From Candidatus Puniceispirillaceae bacterium (GTDB lineage: Bacteria; Pseudomonadota; Alphaproteobacteria; Puniceispirillales; Puniceispirillaceae): a DNA stretch of 59,781 bases. The DNA lies in the NCBI GenBank assembly GCA_965660495.1, contig CBFIAD010000001.1, forward strand, positions 1 through 59,781, written 5' to 3'. A program made the translations under genes and the position numbers. Below, piece after piece: positions 52,123-59,781 of the stretch. A model generated the notes under the pieces. That model was not told the DNA's origin and did not search any database. It was given only the letters and a program-made list of their open reading frames with translations. Each line of letters starts with the position of its first letter. Position 1 is the first letter of the stretch.

Positions 52123-53670
52123 ATGGCGGCATCAGATAAAGATTTGGCAGAGGGTGGAAGAAAGCAGCGTGCTGTCTCTGACCACGATATTTCCTCGCCT
52201 CAATCTGTTGCAGGCCTGTCCCGGAATGCTGGCGATCTGGCCGAACAAAACCTTTTATGGCAGAGGGTTTCCCATCGCCTGAAAACAGAGCTGGGCGAAG
52301 CCAAATGGCGGGCATGGATCAAGCCGCTTCTGCTGGATGCATTTACCGAAGACCAGCTGACATTGCGGGCATCAACCAGTTTCCTGCGTGACCGTGTCCA
52401 TTCCAATTATCTTGATAAAATCAGGCTTCTGGCCGCCGCGCAGACAGGTGCATGCACAAATGTGCGAATTTTGCTGGCAAATGAAGGCCACTCCCAGTCC
52501 TTTAGCCCGTTAAACAGCCAGACCGCCGCAGGTGAAAATGTAGCTGAAATGACATCAGACCCGGCAGGGGCTAAAAAACATGGCCAGTCTGCTAGTCGCC
52601 CCTTGCGTTTTTCGCACGCCCAGAATAGCGATTCAGATAAAAACCCAAGCATTGAAGGGCTGGATACCCGCTTTACCTTTGAAAATTTTGTGGTGGGTGC
52701 GCCAAATCAGCTGGCTTTTGCGATTGCAAAGCGGGTCGCTGAAAGCCCGGAAGCGACCTATAATCCTTTATTCCTTTACGGCGGAGTTGGGCTGGGCAAA
52801 ACCCATTTGATGCACGCGATTGCCTGGGAGATTCATTTCCGCCAGCCACATCGCAAAGTGATGTATTTATCAGCAGAAAAATTCATGTATCGCTTTATTC
52901 GCGCATTGCGTTACCGCGATATGATGTCTTTCAAAGAGCAGTTCCGTTCTGTCGATGTGTTGATGATCGATGATGTGCAGTTCATTTCCGGCAAGGATTC
53001 TACGCAGGAAGAATTTTTCCACACCTTTAATGCTCTGGTCGAAGATGGCCGCCAGGTGGTGTTGTCAGCAGATAAATCGCCTACCGATCTCTCTGGTATG
53101 GAAGAGCGGCTTCGCTCGCGTCTCGGCTGGGGTATGGTTGCCGATATTCACCCCTCGGATTATGAATTAAGGCTGGGAATTTTACAGGCACGCCGCGAAA
53201 AAATGGGTGTCGATGTTCCTGATAAGGTGCTGGATTTCCTGGCGCGTAAAATTACCTCCAATATTCGTGAGGTAGAAGGGGCATTTAACCGTATTACGGC
53301 CTATGCAACACTGGTTGGCCATGCGGTGACCGTGGAAACAACCAAAGAAGTGCTGAGCGATTTGCTACGGGCCAGCAATCGCAAGATTAGCATTGATGAT
53401 ATCCAGAAAAAGGTAGCAGCCCATTTCAATATCCGGGTAGCAGATATGTTTTCTGCCCGCCGGGCACGCCAGATTGCACGGCCGCGCCAGATAGCAATGT
53501 TTCTGGCAAAAAATCTGACCTCTCTTTCCTATCCGGAAATTGGCCGTAATTTTGGAAATCGCGATCACACTACCATCATGCATGCGGTGCGCAAAATCGA
53601 GGAACTGATGGAAACAGATGCCGCGCTGGCAGATGATGTAAGCCTGCTGAAATCCATTCTGGCAGACTAA
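52123..53670 (+). CDS. dnaA: Chromosomal replication initiator DnaA
   Basis: YNPLFLYGGVGLGKTHL, LMIDDVQF, TQEEFFHTFN, RPRQIAM, RDHTTIMHA. Confidence 0.99.
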   Translation: MAASDKDLAEGGRKQRAVSDHDISSPQSVAGLSRNAGDLAEQNLLWQRVSHRLKTELGEAKWRAWIKPLLLDAFTEDQLTLRASTSFLRDRVHSNYLDKIRLLAAAQTGACTNVRILLANEGHSQSFSPLNSQTAAGENVAEMTSDPAGAKKHGQSASRPLRFSHAQNSDSDKNPSIEGLDTRFTFENFVVGAPNQLAFAIAKRVAESPEATYNPLFLYGGVGLGKTHLMHAIAWEIHFRQPHRKVMYLSAEKFMYRFIRALRYRDMMSFKEQFRSVDVLMIDDVQFISGKDSTQEEFFHTFNALVEDGRQVVLSADKSPTDLSGMEERLRSRLGWGMVADIHPSDYELRLGILQARREKMGVDVPDKVLDFLARKITSNIREVEGAFNRITAYATLVGHAVTVETTKEVLSDLLRASNRKISIDDIQKKVAAHFNIRVADMFSARRARQIARPRQIAMFLAKNLTSLSYPEIGRNFGNRDHTTIMHAVRKIEELMETDAALADDVSLLKSILAD

Positions 53671-53757
53671 ATTTCCCCGCTTTTGGCAAAATTGAGCGAA
53701 TCACGCAAATCCCAATAAAAAAATATCAATAAAATCATCCATAAAACACAAGAATTA

Positions 53758-53804
53758 GCCATATATCTGGTGCGTGATTTTGTTTGTACTGCTATATTTT
53801 GTGT
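53758..53804. promoter_or_regulatory. Tandem NrdR-box-like sites upstream of dnaN
   Basis: GCCATATATCTGGTGC (53758-53773) and CTGCTATATTTTGTGT (53789-53804), 31 bp apart, against consensus acaCwAtATaTwGtgt. Confidence 0.5.
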
Positions 53805-53855
53805 GTCAAAATAGAGTGATGAAAAACCACTTCCAAATTAAAGGAAATCGCACGA

Positions 53856-54959
53856 ATGAAATTTGCCATAGACAGATTGAGTTTACTTCGTCCTCTCGGG
53901 CATGTCAGTTCTGTTGTTGAGAGGCGAAATACCATTCCTATTCTGGCCAATATTGTGATGCGCGCCGATGCAGGCCAGCTATCGCTTACCGCCACGGATA
54001 TGGAAATGGATATTGCAGAACAAATCAGCTGTTCTGTTCAGCAAGAAGGGGCGTGTACCGTACCTGCCCATCTCTTTTATGATATTGTGCGTAAATTGCC
54101 AGACGGGGCAGAGGTCGAGGTCACAGTTGCCGAAGGGACAGCCTCTATCAAGGCGGGTCGCTCTGCCTTTACCCTGCCCACCTTGCCTGTAGAAGATTTC
54201 CCGGCTTTTAATGTCAGTGATTTGCCGGTTCATTTTACGCTGACAACCGCAGATTTGCGCTATCAGATAGATACTACCCGCTTTGCCATCTCGAACGAGG
54301 AAACCCGTTATTATCTGAACGGTATTTTCTTTCATAAAAGCGATAGCGGGTCTCTGGCAGCGGTCGCAACAGATGGTCATAGGCTGGCTTTGGCACAAAT
54401 GGACATGCCGCAAGGCGCAGACGGTATGCCGGAAATTATCCTGCCGCGCAAGGCGGTAGGCGAGTTGCGCAAATTGCTGGATGATGAAGAGGGCGAGGTG
54501 TCGGTTAGCCTGTCAGAAACCCGCGCCGAATTTGCCTTTGGGCAGGTGCGGCTTACCTCAAAACTTATCGATGGGTCTTTTCCGGATTATACCCGCGTTA
54601 TTCCCAAGGGAAATGACAAGATATTGTCTGTGGATACAGGGCTGTTTTCTGCTGCGGTTGACCGAGTGTCCACCATTTCATCGGAAAAGTCCCGTGCGGT
54701 AAAGCTCAGCCTGACAACCAATTTGCTTACCCTGTCTGCCAGTACGCCAGAAGCCTCTTCTGCGGTAGAGGAAATTGAAGTGTCCTATAACGGGGAGGAT
54801 TTGGATATCGGCTTTAATGCCCGCTATTTGCTGGAAATTGCCCAGCAGGTTGAAGGGGATGTGATGCAGCTGGCCTTGTCTGATCCGGGCTCGCCAAGCC
54901 TGATTTCCACCCCTGATGATGACCAGAATGTGTTCGTGCTGATGCCCATGCGGGTATAG
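53856..54959 (+). CDS. dnaN: DNA polymerase III beta clamp
   Basis: VERRNTIPILAN, EETRYYLNG, VATDGHRL, LIDGSFPDY, VLMPMRV. Confidence 0.99.
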   Translation: MKFAIDRLSLLRPLGHVSSVVERRNTIPILANIVMRADAGQLSLTATDMEMDIAEQISCSVQQEGACTVPAHLFYDIVRKLPDGAEVEVTVAEGTASIKAGRSAFTLPTLPVEDFPAFNVSDLPVHFTLTTADLRYQIDTTRFAISNEETRYYLNGIFFHKSDSGSLAAVATDGHRLALAQMDMPQGADGMPEIILPRKAVGELRKLLDDEEGEVSVSLSETRAEFAFGQVRLTSKLIDGSFPDYTRVIPKGNDKILSVDTGLFSAAVDRVSTISSEKSRAVKLSLTTNLLTLSASTPEASSAVEEIEVSYNGEDLDIGFNARYLLEIAQQVEGDVMQLALSDPGSPSLISTPDDDQNVFVLMPMRV

Positions 54960-55009
54960 ATGATATCTGTTGTCACCCATGCAAGCGCCCCTGATACAGG
55001 GATAGGTAA

Positions 55010-58655
<3,646 letters not shown>

Positions 58656-58656
<1 letters not shown>

Positions 58657-59781
58657 TGGGCAGGTTTGGTTCGAAATTTCGAAACGCTTTTTCTCCTTCG
58701 AAAAAGCCCGGCTTGCCTATTATAAAAGATCCGCCAAAAAAATATTCGGCTACAAATCATTCTGTTATTGATACCAGGGCGGTGATAGCGATTCGCTGGC
58801 TGGCTCTGGCTGGTCAGACTATCGCCCTGATGATTGTGGCGTTTGGTTTTGGTTTTGACGGCGCCTTTACCACAGCCTTTGGGCTGGTGGCCGTCGGGGC
58901 GGCGGTGAATTTATGGCAAAGCTGGCGCAGCCGCTATCAAAGAGTGACCAGCCGGCCAGAATTATTAATGGCACTCTCTTTTGATGTTATCCAGTTATCG
59001 GGTCTGCTCTATCTGACAGGCGGAATGGCCAATCCCTTTGCCATGCTGTTGCTGGCACCGGTGGTTGTCTCCGCGGCCTTGCTGGATTTTCGTGCAACGG
59101 TTTATCTGGTGTTGCTGGTGGCATTTTGCGCGATTATGATCACCCATTTTTATCTGCCCTTGCCCTTTTCAGAATCAGATTTCACCCTGCCAGCCCTGTA
59201 TCGTAGCGGGCTGTTTACCGCTCTTTTGGTATCTTGCTTATTTATCGGTTTTTATGTCTGGTATCTGGCCGATAAGGCGCGCCAGGCAAATGCCGCCCTT
59301 GCCGCGATGCAGAGCCTTTTGGAACGCGACAGGCGGGCGACCATATTGGGCAGTCTTGCCGCTGCTGCTGCCCATAAGCTCGGCTCGCCCCTGAATACCA
59401 TTGCTGTCATCAGCCATGATATGGCCGCTGCCCTTAAAGGAAAAATAGCCCCGCAGGATGAAATTCTGGACGATGTCCGCCTGCTGAATGAAGAGGTGGA
59501 GCGATGCCGTATGATCCTTTCTGAACTGGACAGGGACGCCCAGGCAGATACTCTGGCGCGCGATGTGGCACTGCCTGTCAGCCAGATGATTCGCGGCCTG
59601 CTGGACACAAAATTAACCCGGCTATCGGGACGGATTCTCTTTCGATCCGGGGCGCGCGATGCCAGCCGGGAGCCGCAGGCCAAACCCCTGCCGGATTTAA
59701 AATATGCACTGGAAACCTTGCTGGATAATGCCGATGATTTTGCCGCTACCCGAATAGAGCTTACCATCAACTGGACAGAAG
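58656..59781 (+). CDS. regB: RegB/PrrB/ActS-family redox sensor histidine kinase (runs off the window; absent from ORF track)
   Basis: Hand translation from ATG 58656 is open to the window end: IRWLALAGQ, LLYLTGGMANPF (quinone-site GGxxNPF), LAAAAAHKLGSPL, ERCR redox Cys, LLDNADDFA. Confidence 0.92.

Noticed and set aside
53671-53855. oriC between dnaA and dnaN
   Set aside because: Only one weak DnaA-box-like 9-mer (TCATCCATA) and no cluster; GC skew could not be computed
59252-59770. 172-aa minus-strand ORF at the window end
   Set aside because: Antisense to the clearly recognisable regB frame on the plus strand

Overview
Core-genome stretch of an alphaproteobacterium at roughly 50% GC by eye. 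The gene order and compactness suggest a marine SAR116/Rhodospirillales-like lineage (inference only). Gene order: dnaK-dnaJ-dapB, DUF2244, nth, a lipoprotein, phoR-phoB, maeB, mutS-glnD-murJ-trpS, nfuA, a GH73/Bax-like hydrolase with a convergent CE4 deacetylase, tsaB-rimI-miaB-phoH-ybeY-corC-lnt-metK-trmB, rimP-nusA-ylxR-infB-rbfA-truB-rpsO-pnp, fabA-fabB-fabI, an SH3 protein, a 2-hydroxyacid dehydrogenase, ubiE-ubiB-coaBC-dut-moeB, mutM, rpsT, dnaA-dnaN-recF-gyrB, and a truncated regB that the ORF track misses. I saw no mobile elements, CRISPR arrays, rRNA or tRNA. The best candidate for an undescribed system is CoaBC, which carries an extra ~76-aa N-terminal Cro/YdaS-like helix-turn-helix domain. 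Directly upstream is a near-consensus sigma70 promoter (TTTACA-N17-TAAAAT, inside the ubiB 3' end) overlapped by two tandem TTCAC-N6-GTGAA palindromes. This is the layout expected of a CoA-biosynthesis enzyme that represses its own transcription. Other signals: a Pho box driving a probably leaderless phoB where pstSCAB-phoU is missing; an Irr/ICE-like box plus RpoH promoter at nfuA; tandem NrdR-like boxes before dnaN; and a RegB with a non-canonical H-box (HKLGSP). All motif calls were made by eye; no searches were run.
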